Virus record (IMG/VR): IMGVR_UViG_3300042197_003333
Span: 16,246 to 80,245 of that record
Reading direction: 5' to 3' (one strand)
Source of the DNA: a virus
Length of the DNA stretch: 64,000 bases
The position numbers and the translations under genes are program-made. Below, piece after piece: positions 45,576 to 56,188 of the stretch; the stretch's first letter is position 1, and every line of letters starts with the position of its first letter. Under the pieces are notes generated by a model, which saw only the letters and a list, made by a program, of their open reading frames with translations, made no database searches and had not been told where the DNA came from.

Positions 45576-48473
45576 ATGATGGAAAATAATAAAATGACAG
45601 TATGGCAAAGATTGTCCCAAGCTTTTGGTCCAAATTCATTGCTCGGACAAGATTATCCAACATACAAATACGATAAAAAAGAACTTTTAAGGACAACATC
45701 CAAAAAAGAATATGACCTTGAAAAACTTCAAGCTCAACAAAATTACTATCTTGCAAACCAATGGTCAAAGATTGAACACAATCTTTATACCCAAGCAGTG
45801 TATTACGAACCAACAAGATTATCATCTTTTTATGACCTAGAAAGTATGGAGTTTACTCCAGAAATATCTGCAGCTTTAGATATTTACGCCGAAGAATCAA
45901 CGACAGTAAACGAAGATGGTTATATGCTTCAAATTTATTCTGAATCAAAAAGAATAAAATCAATTTTGGCTGACTTATTTAACAACGCTCTTGATATTAA
46001 CACAAACCTTCCGATGTGGACAAGAAACACATGCAAGTATGGTGATAATTTCGTTTATTTAAAACTTGACCCCGAAAAAGGTATAGTTGGATGTATGCAA
46101 CTTCCAATTATTGAAATTGAAAGATTGGAAGCGGGAATGGGAGGAAAATCTGCCGACCCTGAAACAAACCCAACAAAAAAACATACAAGATTTAAATGGA
46201 AACAAAAGGACTTGGAGTTCAATACTTGGGAAGTTGCTCACTTTAGATTACTTGGTGATGATAGGAGACTACCGTATGGAACTTGCCTAAAATTTGATAC
46301 TAAAATTGATACTGAATATGGAGTTAAAGAAATTAAAGATATTGTAAAAGGGGATAAAGTTTATTCATTTGATTTAAATTCAGAAGAAAAAGTATTGTCT
46401 GATGTTTTAGATACTGTAAATTCAGGAGTTAAAATTTGTTACCAAATACATACTAAACATAATTTTATTGAAGCTTCAGAAGAACACAAAATATTAATTT
46501 TTGATGGAAATAAATTTACATATAAAAATACATTAGAATTAAATATTGGTGATTTATTAGTTATTGACAATTCAAAAAATAAAACTAAAAAAACTTTGAT
46601 TAATAAAACACAACCTGAAGATAATAAAAACGGATGGTTTAATAGTGTTGATTTAATACCTGAATATATAAATGAAGAATTTGCTAGATTTTTTGGATTT
46701 ATGTTAGGTGATGGCTGGATTAGTAATAATGGTGTTTATTTTGCATTATCTGAATATGATGATTTAAATGATTTTTATATTGGGATATTAAACAAATATT
46801 CCAAAAATCCAGTAAAAATTATTGAGGTTGATGGCAAAGAAACACAATGCATGGTGTGGTCAAAGTGTTTAAAGACAATTTTAGAAAGAATGGGTTTTAA
46901 TGGTAAGGCCTCAACTAAAAGATTACCTAGTTGGATATACAGCTCGGATGTAGAAATACAAAAGGCTCTTTTAGAGGGACTAATAGACTCAGACGGATGG
47001 ATAACACAAGATAAATGGTCAACACATCTTAATATTGAATTATGTAATGAAAATTTAGTAAAAGACGTTAAAACTTTATGCCAAAAGATTGGATATAAAT
47101 CAGGTTCAATTAGAAAAAGAGAACCAAGAAAAAATGTGGTAATTGAAGGTAGAAAAATTAAATCGGTAAAACCAAGTTATTCTTTGACTTTTTATGATAC
47201 CTTATTAACTCAAACGAAAAAATATGACAACCAATTTAGAAAAAATGAAAATTACATTTTAGAACCAATTACAAAAATTATTGACATTGGAGAACATGAA
47301 ACTTTTGATATATACGTTGAAAATCAAAATCATAATTTTTACGCTAATGGAGTCGTTGTACATAATTCAATGTTAGAAAAAGCTCGTCGTATTTGGAAAC
47401 AATTATTATTATCCGAAGACGCAATGTTAATTTATAGAACATCAAGAGCTCCTGAAAGAAGAGTATTTAAAGTATTTGTTGGAAATATGGATGACGCAGA
47501 TGTTGAACCTTATATCCAAAGATTTGCAAATAAATTTAAACGAGACCAAGTTGTTGACTCTAAATCAGGAAATGTTGATATGAGGTTTAATCAAATGGCG
47601 GTTGACCAAGATTATTTTGTTCCCGTTAGAGACCCAGCTCAAGCTTCCCCAATTGAAACATTAGCAGGTGCCACAAACCTATCGGAAATCGCGGATATTG
47701 AATATATTCAAAAGAAATTGCTCACCGCAATTCGTGTTCCAAAAGCGTTTTTAGGTTTTGAAGAAACCGTAGGAGATGGAAAAAATTTGGCATTACAAGA
47801 TATAAGATTTGCAAGAACAATCAATCGTATTCAAAAAACGATGGTTCAAGAACTTAATAAAATTGCAATTATTCACCTTTTTATTTTAGGTTTTGAAGAA
47901 GAAATTGGAAACTTTACATTATCCTTAACAAATCCATCAACTCAAGCGGATTTAATGAGAATTGATGTATGGAAAGAAAAAGTTTTATTATTTAAAGATA
48001 TGGTTGCAGACCCTGGAAGTGGAATTGCCCCTGTATCACAATCTTGGGCAAAGAAACACATTTTGGGATTTTCTGATGATGAAATTAAACTTGATTTGCA
48101 ACAACAACGAATTGAACGAGCTGTTGGTGAAGAGTTAAAGAAAACTGCTGAAGTTATTACTCATTCAGGAATATTTGACAATATTGATAGATTATATGGC
48201 AAAAAAGAAAGTGAGCCAGCTGGAACACCAACTGAAGGTGGAGCCCCACCACCGGGAGGAGATATGGGAGCGGAATCATCACTCCCCGCACCTCCACCAC
48301 CAGGTCCTGAGCCAGGCGGCGAAGCGGGAGTAACCCCCGAACAATATGAAAGAGACATGAATATTCTTGTTGAGAGTAATCTTATAGAGGACGATGAGAT
48401 GATTGATTTATCAAAAGCAAAAAAATCTTTGTCTGAAATTGAAGATAAATTAAAATCATTACTAAAAGATTGA
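45576..48473 (+). CDS. Portal protein (T4 gp20-like) with intein
   Basis: ISAALDIYAEE, CKYGD, HFRL, EDAMLIYRTSRAPERRVF, DIRFARTINRIQ. Confidence 0.95.
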   Translation: MMENNKMTVWQRLSQAFGPNSLLGQDYPTYKYDKKELLRTTSKKEYDLEKLQAQQNYYLANQWSKIEHNLYTQAVYYEPTRLSSFYDLESMEFTPEISAALDIYAEESTTVNEDGYMLQIYSESKRIKSILADLFNNALDINTNLPMWTRNTCKYGDNFVYLKLDPEKGIVGCMQLPIIEIERLEAGMGGKSADPETNPTKKHTRFKWKQKDLEFNTWEVAHFRLLGDDRRLPYGTCLKFDTKIDTEYGVKEIKDIVKGDKVYSFDLNSEEKVLSDVLDTVNSGVKICYQIHTKHNFIEASEEHKILIFDGNKFTYKNTLELNIGDLLVIDNSKNKTKKTLINKTQPEDNKNGWFNSVDLIPEYINEEFARFFGFMLGDGWISNNGVYFALSEYDDLNDFYIGILNKYSKNPVKIIEVDGKETQCMVWSKCLKTILERMGFNGKASTKRLPSWIYSSDVEIQKALLEGLIDSDGWITQDKWSTHLNIELCNENLVKDVKTLCQKIGYKSGSIRKREPRKNVVIEGRKIKSVKPSYSLTFYDTLLTQTKKYDNQFRKNENYILEPITKIIDIGEHETFDIYVENQNHNFYANGVVVHNSMLEKARRIWKQLLLSEDAMLIYRTSRAPERRVFKVFVGNMDDADVEPYIQRFANKFKRDQVVDSKSGNVDMRFNQMAVDQDYFVPVRDPAQASPIETLAGATNLSEIADIEYIQKKLLTAIRVPKAFLGFEETVGDGKNLALQDIRFARTINRIQKTMVQELNKIAIIHLFILGFEEEIGNFTLSLTNPSTQADLMRIDVWKEKVLLFKDMVADPGSGIAPVSQSWAKKHILGFSDDEIKLDLQQQRIERAVGEELKKTAEVITHSGIFDNIDRLYGKKESEPAGTPTEGGAPPPGGDMGAESSLPAPPPPGPEPGGEAGVTPEQYERDMNILVESNLIEDDEMIDLSKAKKSLSEIEDKLKSLLKD
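46284..47366 (+). mobile_element. Contiguous LAGLIDADG intein in portal (aa 237-597)
   Basis: PYGT|CLKFDT...FFGFMLGDG...LEGLIDSDG...VVHN|SMLEK. Confidence 0.95.
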
Positions 48474-48493
48474 TATTTATAAAATAAAACAAA

Positions 48494-49201
48494 ATGAGAT
48501 TCGGTGTAATTAAAACAATAATTGAAAATAGATTTATCAAATTTTTTGGAAAAAATAACCAAAAAAAAGATTTTAAACTTTTTGAATCAATCCTTTTAAA
48601 AGATAATTCATTTAAAAGATTATTTTTTATTTATGATACTTTAAATGAAAACAAAAGTTTGGATAAGTCATCTGCCGAATATTTGATTGAGGATTTATCA
48701 AAAGAAGCAAATTCTTTAACTCTATCAGAGAACTCAAAAAAAGTTATTGAAAAGTGGAAAAAAAGTGTCCTTCTTGAAAATAGATATTCAACAATTGATG
48801 ATTTAATTTTTGGTGATATTTTAAAACCTGAAAAAAAATCAATTGCTAAAAAACAAATTGTTGAAAGTTTAACAAAAGAAAAAATTGTGGAAACAAAAAA
48901 ACCAAATATTCCACTCAAAAGTTTTGTTAAGTTGGCAAATAAAAATGCATCAAATTTAATTGAAAGCCTTCCTGAGTTAGATAAGAAACAAGTTATGGAG
49001 GTTCTTCAAAATTCAAACTCAAAAGAGTTATTTGAACAATTAAAAACTGAAACATTAAATAAAATTAATTCAATTTCTGAAAGTTCTGAACCTGAAATTA
49101 AATTGACTCTTAATGAAACAAAATCAAAAATAGAAAATACAAAATATTCAAAAAAAGAATATTTGAAACTTCATGAATTAAATAAAAATTTAATTATCTG
49201 A
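48494..49201 (+). CDS. Head-module hypothetical protein
   Basis: ORF between portal and bS21. Confidence 0.75.
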   Translation: MRFGVIKTIIENRFIKFFGKNNQKKDFKLFESILLKDNSFKRLFFIYDTLNENKSLDKSSAEYLIEDLSKEANSLTLSENSKKVIEKWKKSVLLENRYSTIDDLIFGDILKPEKKSIAKKQIVESLTKEKIVETKKPNIPLKSFVKLANKNASNLIESLPELDKKQVMEVLQNSNSKELFEQLKTETLNKINSISESSEPEIKLTLNETKSKIENTKYSKKEYLKLHELNKNLII

Positions 49202-49378
49202 ATTTCTTTTTTGTTCTTTGTAAATTGCGTTTTTTAATTTTTCCCTTTTTTCTTCAGATTTTTTTTGGTAAGTTTTTCTATCTTGAAGCTCTTTTATCAT
49301 TCTTGTTTTTATTACCTTTGATTTAAACTGCTTAAGAGCTGAATCAATATTACCTTTTTTAACTTCAATTATTAACAT
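49190..49378 (-). CDS. rpsU: Ribosomal protein bS21
   Basis: IIEVKKGNIDSALKQFKSKV...EL..R..Y.K.SE.KR. Confidence 0.88.
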   Translation of the reverse strand: MLIIEVKKGNIDSALKQFKSKVIKTRMIKELQDRKTYQKKSEEKREKLKNAIYKEQKRNSDN

Positions 49379-49441
49379 TTTGACAATTTGTTTTTTTTTA
49401 TTAGATTTAATATATAAATAAACGGAAACTATGCAAAGTTA

Positions 49442-49897
49442 ATGAAAAAAGGAAAATCATGCGAAATTAAAGGTTACAAAAATATCAAATGTGTTTATGG
49501 AACGGTTGACTCAAAAAATTTTAAGTCATTATATATCAACATCCAATCGTGGGTTCAACCAAAAGAGTATTACGAAGATTGGAGAAGGCATGTATCTTTT
49601 TTCAGTAAAACAATTAGACAAACTTTAATGGAAATTTTGGATTTAATTATGTTTGATTCAAAATCTATTGTTGATGTTGATTTGAGGACGAGTGGGATTG
49701 CAATTAACAAAAGGTCTTTTATGAATTTGGAAATAACTTTATTTTTAAAAAACAAAATTGATTTTAAATCAGTTAAAATAAAAAATGCGGTTAAACATTT
49801 AATATCCACAATTAAGAAAGAAGTGTTTGAAAAGTCAAAAATATTTGAATTTTATTTAAGAAAAAATGATAAAGTTTCAAATTTGACGGCAGTTTAA
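49442..49897 (+). CDS. Hypothetical protein
   Basis: YGTVD..N.KS.YI.IQSW; IVD.DLR.SGI. Confidence 0.75.
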   Translation: MKKGKSCEIKGYKNIKCVYGTVDSKNFKSLYINIQSWVQPKEYYEDWRRHVSFFSKTIRQTLMEILDLIMFDSKSIVDVDLRTSGIAINKRSFMNLEITLFLKNKIDFKSVKIKNAVKHLISTIKKEVFEKSKIFEFYLRKNDKVSNLTAV

Positions 49898-49919
49898 TAT
49901 TTATAAAGAAAAATATTAA

Positions 49920-50636
49920 ATGCAAAACTTAAAAATACTTGGACCTACCGAAATTGGTAGAGGAATATTAATTGAATATGATGCGGGTTATGTATCACCA
50001 AAAGAATTTTCAAACGATAGAGTTATAAAAGAAAGTTTGGACGCATCAGATTACTCAAAACCATTTGAGTTTTATGCCGTACTTCAAAAATACGACACAC
50101 CAAATAGAAACGGAAGAATTTATCCTGAAAAAATCTTAAAAAGAGAAGCTGACAATTATATTAAAAATTATATAAAAAGGGGGACTTCATTATCTGAACT
50201 TAACCACCCTGAGTCATCACTTATTGACCTAGACAGAGTTTCACATATTATAAGTGATATGTGGTGGGATAAAAATGTTCTACTTGGAAAATTAAAACTT
50301 TTAACTTCACCAGGATTTCATGAAAGAGGAATTGTGTCAACAAAGGGAGACCAAGCGGCAAATCTTTTAAGACAAGGTGTTACACTTGGAATATCATCAA
50401 GAGGAGTTGGCTCATTAAAGAAAAGAGGTGAACAAAATGAGGTGCAAGAAGATTTTGAATTAATTTGTTTTGACCTTGTATCATCACCATCAACACCAGG
50501 CGCTTACTTATTCAAAGATGAAAAGGATAGATACAAATATGAAGAAAATATTAAGGAAGAAGAAAGACCAAAATCAATAGAAAATAACAAATCACTTGAT
50601 TTAATGAAAAAACTCACCGATTATTTATCAAAATAA
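49920..50636 (+). CDS. Prohead protease (T4 gp21-like)
   Basis: NRNGRIYP, ELNHP, GISSRGVGS, FDLVSSPS. Confidence 0.95.
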   Translation: MQNLKILGPTEIGRGILIEYDAGYVSPKEFSNDRVIKESLDASDYSKPFEFYAVLQKYDTPNRNGRIYPEKILKREADNYIKNYIKRGTSLSELNHPESSLIDLDRVSHIISDMWWDKNVLLGKLKLLTSPGFHERGIVSTKGDQAANLLRQGVTLGISSRGVGSLKKRGEQNEVQEDFELICFDLVSSPSTPGAYLFKDEKDRYKYEENIKEEERPKSIENNKSLDLMKKLTDYLSK

Positions 50637-50641
50637 AAATT

Positions 50642-50851
50642 ATGGACGAAAAGTATTTTGTAGCAAAAATCACAATTGATGATGTTGATTCTGAATCAGG
50701 AAAAATTAAAAAACAAAAACAAGAAAAACTTGTTAGGGGTTACAATCCAACAGATGTTGAAGCAAAAGTAACCAAAATTTTTGAATCTTACTCACAAGAT
50801 TGGCGAATAACGGCAATCGTTGAAAGTAAAATTGACGAGGTTATTAACTAA
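50642..50851 (+). CDS. Small hypothetical protein
   Basis: ORF followed by the terminator at about 50874-50899. Confidence 0.7.
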   Translation: MDEKYFVAKITIDDVDSESGKIKKQKQEKLVRGYNPTDVEAKVTKIFESYSQDWRITAIVESKIDEVIN

Positions 50852-50964
50852 TTAACTGAAAAACAAAAAATTGAAAAAGGGACAAAATGTCCCTTTTTTT
50901 ATTGCCATTTCAAAAAAATATAAATTTTTTAACAATTATATATATTTATTTATAAAAATAACAA

Positions 50965-52419
50965 ATGGCAGAAAAAAATTTAGTTGAAGAAACATTACTC
51001 CAAATTCAGAATTTGGAAGATGTTATCAATGAAAACGCAAAAGAAATACTTGCTTCAACAATGAAGGAAGAAATTAGCGAACTTGTAAAAGAGTCTATGA
51101 AACAAAAGACTGATGAGGAAGTTGAAATGAAAGAACAGCCTGAAGAGGAGGAAGAAGAAGAATCTGAAGAGGAAGAAGAAATGGAAATGGGTGCTGAAGA
51201 CGAAGAGTCTGATGAGGAAATGGATATGGAAGATTCAGAAGAAATGGATATGGACGACATGGATGACATGGAAATGTCTATGGATATGGATGATGAAATT
51301 ACTGACCTTACAGATTTAGAGGACACTCCTGAAAATGCTGAAATGATTGCTCAAATCTTCAAAAACATGAAAGATTCTGACGAGGTTACTGTCGTTCAAG
51401 ATGGTGACTACACTAAACTTACTGACAACGAGGCCGACACCGAGTACTTGATTCAAACAGAAGGTACTGAAGACGAACTTGAGGAAGGTGAGGAAGATGA
51501 GTACGAGTATGAATTAGAAGAAGGTATGGATGAATTTGATGAGTCCATGCAAGAACCTGATACAGACCTTGAAGAATCAGAAGAAGTTGTGTATGAAATT
51601 GAACTTGATGAACCAACTGAAGAGCTTGATGAAGAAGAATATGAATTTGAGCTTGAAGAAGGTGATGTAGAAGACAATGAATCATATAAACCAGTGACTG
51701 AAGCGAAAAAATCAAAGAAAATGGAAACCAAAGAGGGAATGAAACCAAAAGTTGGTAAAGGCGCTAAACTTGGTTCTGCTAAGAAATTTTCCTATAAAAA
51801 ATCTGCTGGTGGATTTAAAGAAACTATGAAAAAAGCAAATCCAACAAAAGGTACAGGAAAACCAAAGTTTGAATTTAAAGAAGGTGTTAAAATGGAAAAA
51901 ATGCCAAAGAAAGAAACAAAAGAAGCCTCACGTACTTATGGTATGGGATGGAGAAAAGGGGCATTACCAAAGGGAGCAAGAACAGGTTCGTCTAAAGCTA
52001 GACAAGATGAATCAGTTGATGTTGAACTACAACTTTTGAGAGCAAAGAACGAAGAATACAGAAAAGCTCTTAACATGTTTAGAGAGAAATTAAACGAGGT
52101 TGCAGTATTTAATTCAAATTTAGCTTATGCTACAAGATTATTTACTGAACACTCAACTTCTAAACAAGAGAAAATAAATATTCTTAGAAGATTTGACTCG
52201 GCTGATACCCTAAAGGAATCAAAAGCACTTTATAAGTCAATAAAAGATGAACTCACAACAACAAACGTAAAATCAACTCATATTACAGAGTCAATTGAGC
52301 GTGTAATTGACCGTGAGCCACAACAATCAGGTTCCGCAATTAATTTGATTGAATCAAAAACTTACGAAAACCCACAGTTTTTGAGAATGAAAGACATTAT
52401 GTCAAAAATTGCAAAATAA
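50965..52419 (+). CDS. Scaffold/prohead core protein
   Basis: Acidic with many L/IxE sites, LNEVAVFNSNLAY; directly before the major capsid gene. Confidence 0.85.
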   Translation: MAEKNLVEETLLQIQNLEDVINENAKEILASTMKEEISELVKESMKQKTDEEVEMKEQPEEEEEEESEEEEEMEMGAEDEESDEEMDMEDSEEMDMDDMDDMEMSMDMDDEITDLTDLEDTPENAEMIAQIFKNMKDSDEVTVVQDGDYTKLTDNEADTEYLIQTEGTEDELEEGEEDEYEYELEEGMDEFDESMQEPDTDLEESEEVVYEIELDEPTEELDEEEYEFELEEGDVEDNESYKPVTEAKKSKKMETKEGMKPKVGKGAKLGSAKKFSYKKSAGGFKETMKKANPTKGTGKPKFEFKEGVKMEKMPKKETKEASRTYGMGWRKGALPKGARTGSSKARQDESVDVELQLLRAKNEEYRKALNMFREKLNEVAVFNSNLAYATRLFTEHSTSKQEKINILRRFDSADTLKESKALYKSIKDELTTTNVKSTHITESIERVIDREPQQSGSAINLIESKTYENPQFLRMKDIMSKIAK

Positions 52420-52449
52420 ATAAACAATAAAATAAAAAAAAAAATAAAA

Positions 52450-54336
52450 ATGGGAGCATTATTAGAATCAGGTCTTGTTGGTAACATAGGTCTTAAGCAC
52501 CTTAAAGTTATCAAAGAAGATACTATTAACAAATGGGACAAATTAGGGTTCCTTGAAGGCCTTCGTGGTCACCTAAAAGAGAATGTAGCGCAGTTGTATG
52601 AAAACCAAGCTTCATTCTTAATTAACGAAGCGGCATCTACTTCAGATTCAGGTTCATTTGAAACTGTTGTATTCCCGATTATTCGTCGTGTATTCTCTAA
52701 ACTTTTAGCTAATGAAATCGTGTCAGTACAAGCTATGAACCTTCCTATTGGTAAGTTGTTCTACTTTGTACCACAAATTCAGGGTTACAGTGGTGGTTCT
52801 GCAACTGACACTTTAGGTGTTGATTCAGGTGACCACTATGCGCCTGTAGGTTCTCCTGGTAACTACCCTGGTGACCCTAACGCAGGTTACACTTCAGGTT
52901 CAGGTCAACCTTTCGGTACTGCACCTAAAAACCTTTATGATTTGTTCTACGAAGGCACTGAACCAGGTTTGAACCCAGCAGGTATCTTTGACTATTCTAA
53001 AGGTCGTTTTGTAACATTGACTTCTGCAACTCCAACAGTTGCTTGGTCTAACGGAGCTCTTGTTGCTTCTGCTTACACTGTAAATGGTGCGGCGGCCGCT
53101 GGTACTGTTGAATACAGAAAGATTATCGTTGCACTTTCAGGATTCTCAACTGCCGGTATCGGTAAATTGATTGGTCCTGATGGTCAAGAACAAGATACAG
53201 AATCTTTCTTGTCAAACTTAACTCTTTATACTGATAACGCAACTTGTGCTGCTAACTTGAACACTTCAACATTTACACCACTTTTATTCCGTGTTGTAAC
53301 TCAGAAGTATGGTCAGGCTATGTATGGTCCTCAGTATACATCAACTCAAGCTGGTTTCAACAAAACTACTACAGGTGGTAACGGTGGTTACTACGATAAC
53401 GTTTGTTCACAAACTGGTTATATCTATTTGGAAATCGACGCTCAAGTTCCTGCATGTATCGCTTGCGGACAATCAACTCCTGATGGTTACTCAGGTGCGT
53501 CTTTGACTAACTCAGCATGGACAGGTGATTCAGCTAACACTAACATCAAGGCTGCTTGGAGACGTTACGAAGAATTAGAATTTGAAGACAAAATTGGTGA
53601 AGTATCTTTCAACCTTGAGTCAGTAACAGTATCTGTAACTGAAAGAAAGTTGAGAGCACAATGGTCACCAGAACTTGCTCAAGACGTTGCAGCATTCCAC
53701 AACATTGACGCTGAAGCCGAATTGACAGCTTTATTGTCAGAACAAGTGGCTGCTGAAATTGACCGCGAAATCCTACGTGACCTTCGTAAAGGTGCGGCTT
53801 GGACACTTCGTTGGGACTACAACGGTTGGAAGCGTCTGAACAACCAATCTACTCCTTATACTCAAAAGGACTGGAACCAAACTCTTATCACTGCAATCAA
53901 CCAAATCTCTGCACAGATTCACAAATCTACGTTGAGAGGTGGAGCAAACTGGATTGTTGTATCATCTGAAATTTCAGCAATTTTTGATGACCTTCAATAT
54001 TTCCACGTTTCTAACGCAGCTCCTGAGCAAGACCAGTACAACATGGGTATTGAAAGAGTTGGTACATTAGCAGGTCGTTACCAAGTGTATCGTGACCCTT
54101 ACTTCCCACCAAACACAGTATTGTTGGGACACAAAGGTACGTCACTTCTTGACACTGGTTACATCTACGCGCCATACGTACCACTTCAATTAACTCCAAC
54201 TATGTACAATCCATTCAACTTTACACCTATCAAAGGTATAATGACTCGTTACGCTAAGAAAATGGTTAATTCACGTTTCTTTGGACGTATCGTTGTTGAT
54301 GGTGTACGTACATTTGACTTAAACGAATTGAGATAA
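52450..54336 (+). CDS. Major capsid protein (T4 gp23-like)
   Basis: IVSVQAMNLPIG, RKLRAQWSPELAQD, EIDREI, YAPYVPL, GIMTRY; high-expression codon usage. Confidence 0.97.
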   Translation: MGALLESGLVGNIGLKHLKVIKEDTINKWDKLGFLEGLRGHLKENVAQLYENQASFLINEAASTSDSGSFETVVFPIIRRVFSKLLANEIVSVQAMNLPIGKLFYFVPQIQGYSGGSATDTLGVDSGDHYAPVGSPGNYPGDPNAGYTSGSGQPFGTAPKNLYDLFYEGTEPGLNPAGIFDYSKGRFVTLTSATPTVAWSNGALVASAYTVNGAAAAGTVEYRKIIVALSGFSTAGIGKLIGPDGQEQDTESFLSNLTLYTDNATCAANLNTSTFTPLLFRVVTQKYGQAMYGPQYTSTQAGFNKTTTGGNGGYYDNVCSQTGYIYLEIDAQVPACIACGQSTPDGYSGASLTNSAWTGDSANTNIKAAWRRYEELEFEDKIGEVSFNLESVTVSVTERKLRAQWSPELAQDVAAFHNIDAEAELTALLSEQVAAEIDREILRDLRKGAAWTLRWDYNGWKRLNNQSTPYTQKDWNQTLITAINQISAQIHKSTLRGGANWIVVSSEISAIFDDLQYFHVSNAAPEQDQYNMGIERVGTLAGRYQVYRDPYFPPNTVLLGHKGTSLLDTGYIYAPYVPLQLTPTMYNPFNFTPIKGIMTRYAKKMVNSRFFGRIVVDGVRTFDLNELR

Positions 54337-54356
54337 TCAATTTAAATTAATAAATT

Positions 54357-54385
54357 AAAAGGTCAGAGAAATCTGACCTTTTTTA
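54357..54385. terminator. Intrinsic terminator after major capsid gene
   Basis: AAAAGGTCAGA-gaaa-TCTGACCTTTT. Confidence 0.85.
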
Positions 54386-54436
54386 TTTTAATAAAAAAAT
54401 AATTGATTTTTTGGTAATATTGTATATTTATAATAT

Positions 54437-55117
54437 ATGAAGAAAATAATTTTAAACAACGATGAACTTAATTTAATTGTTAGAATGTATAAAGAAGAAT
54501 TATTAAGTTCAAATACAATTTCTAAAAAGATTGGAATAAGTAAACCAATTATATTAAAAGTATTAAAAGAAAATGGAGTAGTATTAAGGTCCTCGGGTAG
54601 AAAAAATATAGGAGGTAAAAAAGTGTCCGATAAAAAATATTATGAATTAAATAAAGAAAAAATATCTAAATACTATTCTGAATGGAGAAAAGATAAGGAA
54701 GAACATTTAAAAATTTACCAAAAAAAATGGAGGGAAGAAAATAGAGAAAAATTGCGTGAAGTCAAAAGAAACTACGAAAGAAACCGTAAAGCGACAGACC
54801 CCATCTATAAACTTATTAATAATTTCAGGACAGCAATCTATCAAGTTTTAAAAGAAAATAACATCCAAAAAAACGGACACTATTTTGAGGTTCTTCAATA
54901 CACACCCGAAGAACTGATAATACATTTAGAAAATCAATTCAAAGACGGAATGAACTGGGACAATTATGGCAAATGGCACGTTGACCATATACTTCCAATA
55001 TCAGTACATAATATTAAACAAATTGGGGATTATGAGTTTATGAAATGTTGGTCCTTAACCAACCTACAACCAATGTGGGCTGAAGAAAATATTAGAAAAT
55101 CAAATAATATTTTGTAA
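54437..55117 (+). CDS. HNH-like free-standing endonuclease
   Basis: GMNWDNYGKWHVDHILP...NLQPMWAEENIRKSN. Confidence 0.85.
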   Translation: MKKIILNNDELNLIVRMYKEELLSSNTISKKIGISKPIILKVLKENGVVLRSSGRKNIGGKKVSDKKYYELNKEKISKYYSEWRKDKEEHLKIYQKKWREENREKLREVKRNYERNRKATDPIYKLINNFRTAIYQVLKENNIQKNGHYFEVLQYTPEELIIHLENQFKDGMNWDNYGKWHVDHILPISVHNIKQIGDYEFMKCWSLTNLQPMWAEENIRKSNNIL

Positions 55118-55119
55118 AT

Positions 55120-55368
55120 TTAATCTACAAGAACTCTTAATGCTCTTGATAATACTTCACTTTCCTCAAGTGAAAACGCCCCTCTCCTAAATGCCGCTTT
55201 TGATGACTCAATTAAACAATAAATTGCTTGGTCTTTATTCATATCAAAAAGAAATTTATCAAATTCAACTTCGTCAGAATAATGAATAGATTCAAAAAGT
55301 GACTTTTTTGGAGTTAAATTTTCAATTTTTTCTTTAATTTCTTTTTCTAAATCTTCTGTTTGTTCCAT
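55120..55368 (-). CDS. Hypothetical protein
   Basis: ORF. Confidence 0.65.
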   Translation of the reverse strand: MEQTEDLEKEIKEKIENLTPKKSLFESIHYSDEVEFDKFLFDMNKDQAIYCLIESSKAAFRRGAFSLEESEVLSRALRVLVD

Positions 55369-55405
55369 AATTTGAAGTATTTATATAAAAGTAATAATTT
55401 ATTTT

Positions 55406-56188
55406 ATGAAATCAAATTTTATAAAGGAATGTTTGGGTAATATTTTTAATTTAAATGAAGCCACAACAACTTATAAGGCTAGAGGTAGTTATAAACCTCC
55501 AATTAGACCAGGATTAACTTATTGGGACGTTGAGGATTTACAACCATTTGTTGACCCAATTTCAAAATATACAAATGCGGAAAACTATCACGATTTACTT
55601 GACGGACACACAAACAGGTCAAAAAAAGATATTTCAAAAAAAGAAAAAGTATCCAAAAAAATTCAAAAAACAGATTTTAAACAAGATGCCCCTGTTGAGG
55701 GTGATGATGAATATACAAAGGCCCCATTTAAAGTTTTAACCCCACTTTATAGAGATAAAGGAGACAAGACAGGGAAAAAACCAAGAATGAAAAAAAATAA
55801 ATTTAATTCATCCGCTCCATTTGTATCCGAAAGTGAAACAAAAGAAGATTTGGCAGTTTGGTTTGGAACAAAGAAAAAACCAAAAGGTAGCAAACAACCA
55901 AAAGGACCTTGGGTTAATATTTGTAGAAAAGATAAAAATGGAAAACATCCACCTTGTGGAAGACCTGAAGCCGATAGTAAAGGTTACCCAAAATGTAGAG
56001 CGGCAGGTGTTGCAGGAAAAATGTCTGATTCACAAAAAAGAGCGGCATGTCAACAAAAAAGGAGAGCGGAAAAATCTAATCCAAAAGTAGGTACAGGAAA
56101 CAAACCAAAAATGGTTTCATACAAACCAAAAAAACAAAATGAGTCAATTCTAAAAAACATGATTATTGAAGCATTAAAGTCAAAATGA
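55406..56188 (+). CDS. Basic conserved phage protein
   Basis: WVNIC...PCGR...YPKC C-terminal domain. Confidence 0.75.
   Translation: MKSNFIKECLGNIFNLNEATTTYKARGSYKPPIRPGLTYWDVEDLQPFVDPISKYTNAENYHDLLDGHTNRSKKDISKKEKVSKKIQKTDFKQDAPVEGDDEYTKAPFKVLTPLYRDKGDKTGKKPRMKKNKFNSSAPFVSESETKEDLAVWFGTKKKPKGSKQPKGPWVNICRKDKNGKHPPCGRPEADSKGYPKCRAAGVAGKMSDSQKRAACQQKRRAEKSNPKVGTGNKPKMVSYKPKKQNESILKNMIIEALKSK

Noticed and set aside
36192-51748. Long antisense or alternative-frame ORFs (e.g. 37630-38319, 42015-42395, 51006-51326)
   Set aside because: These are shadows of low-complexity sense-strand coding sequence.
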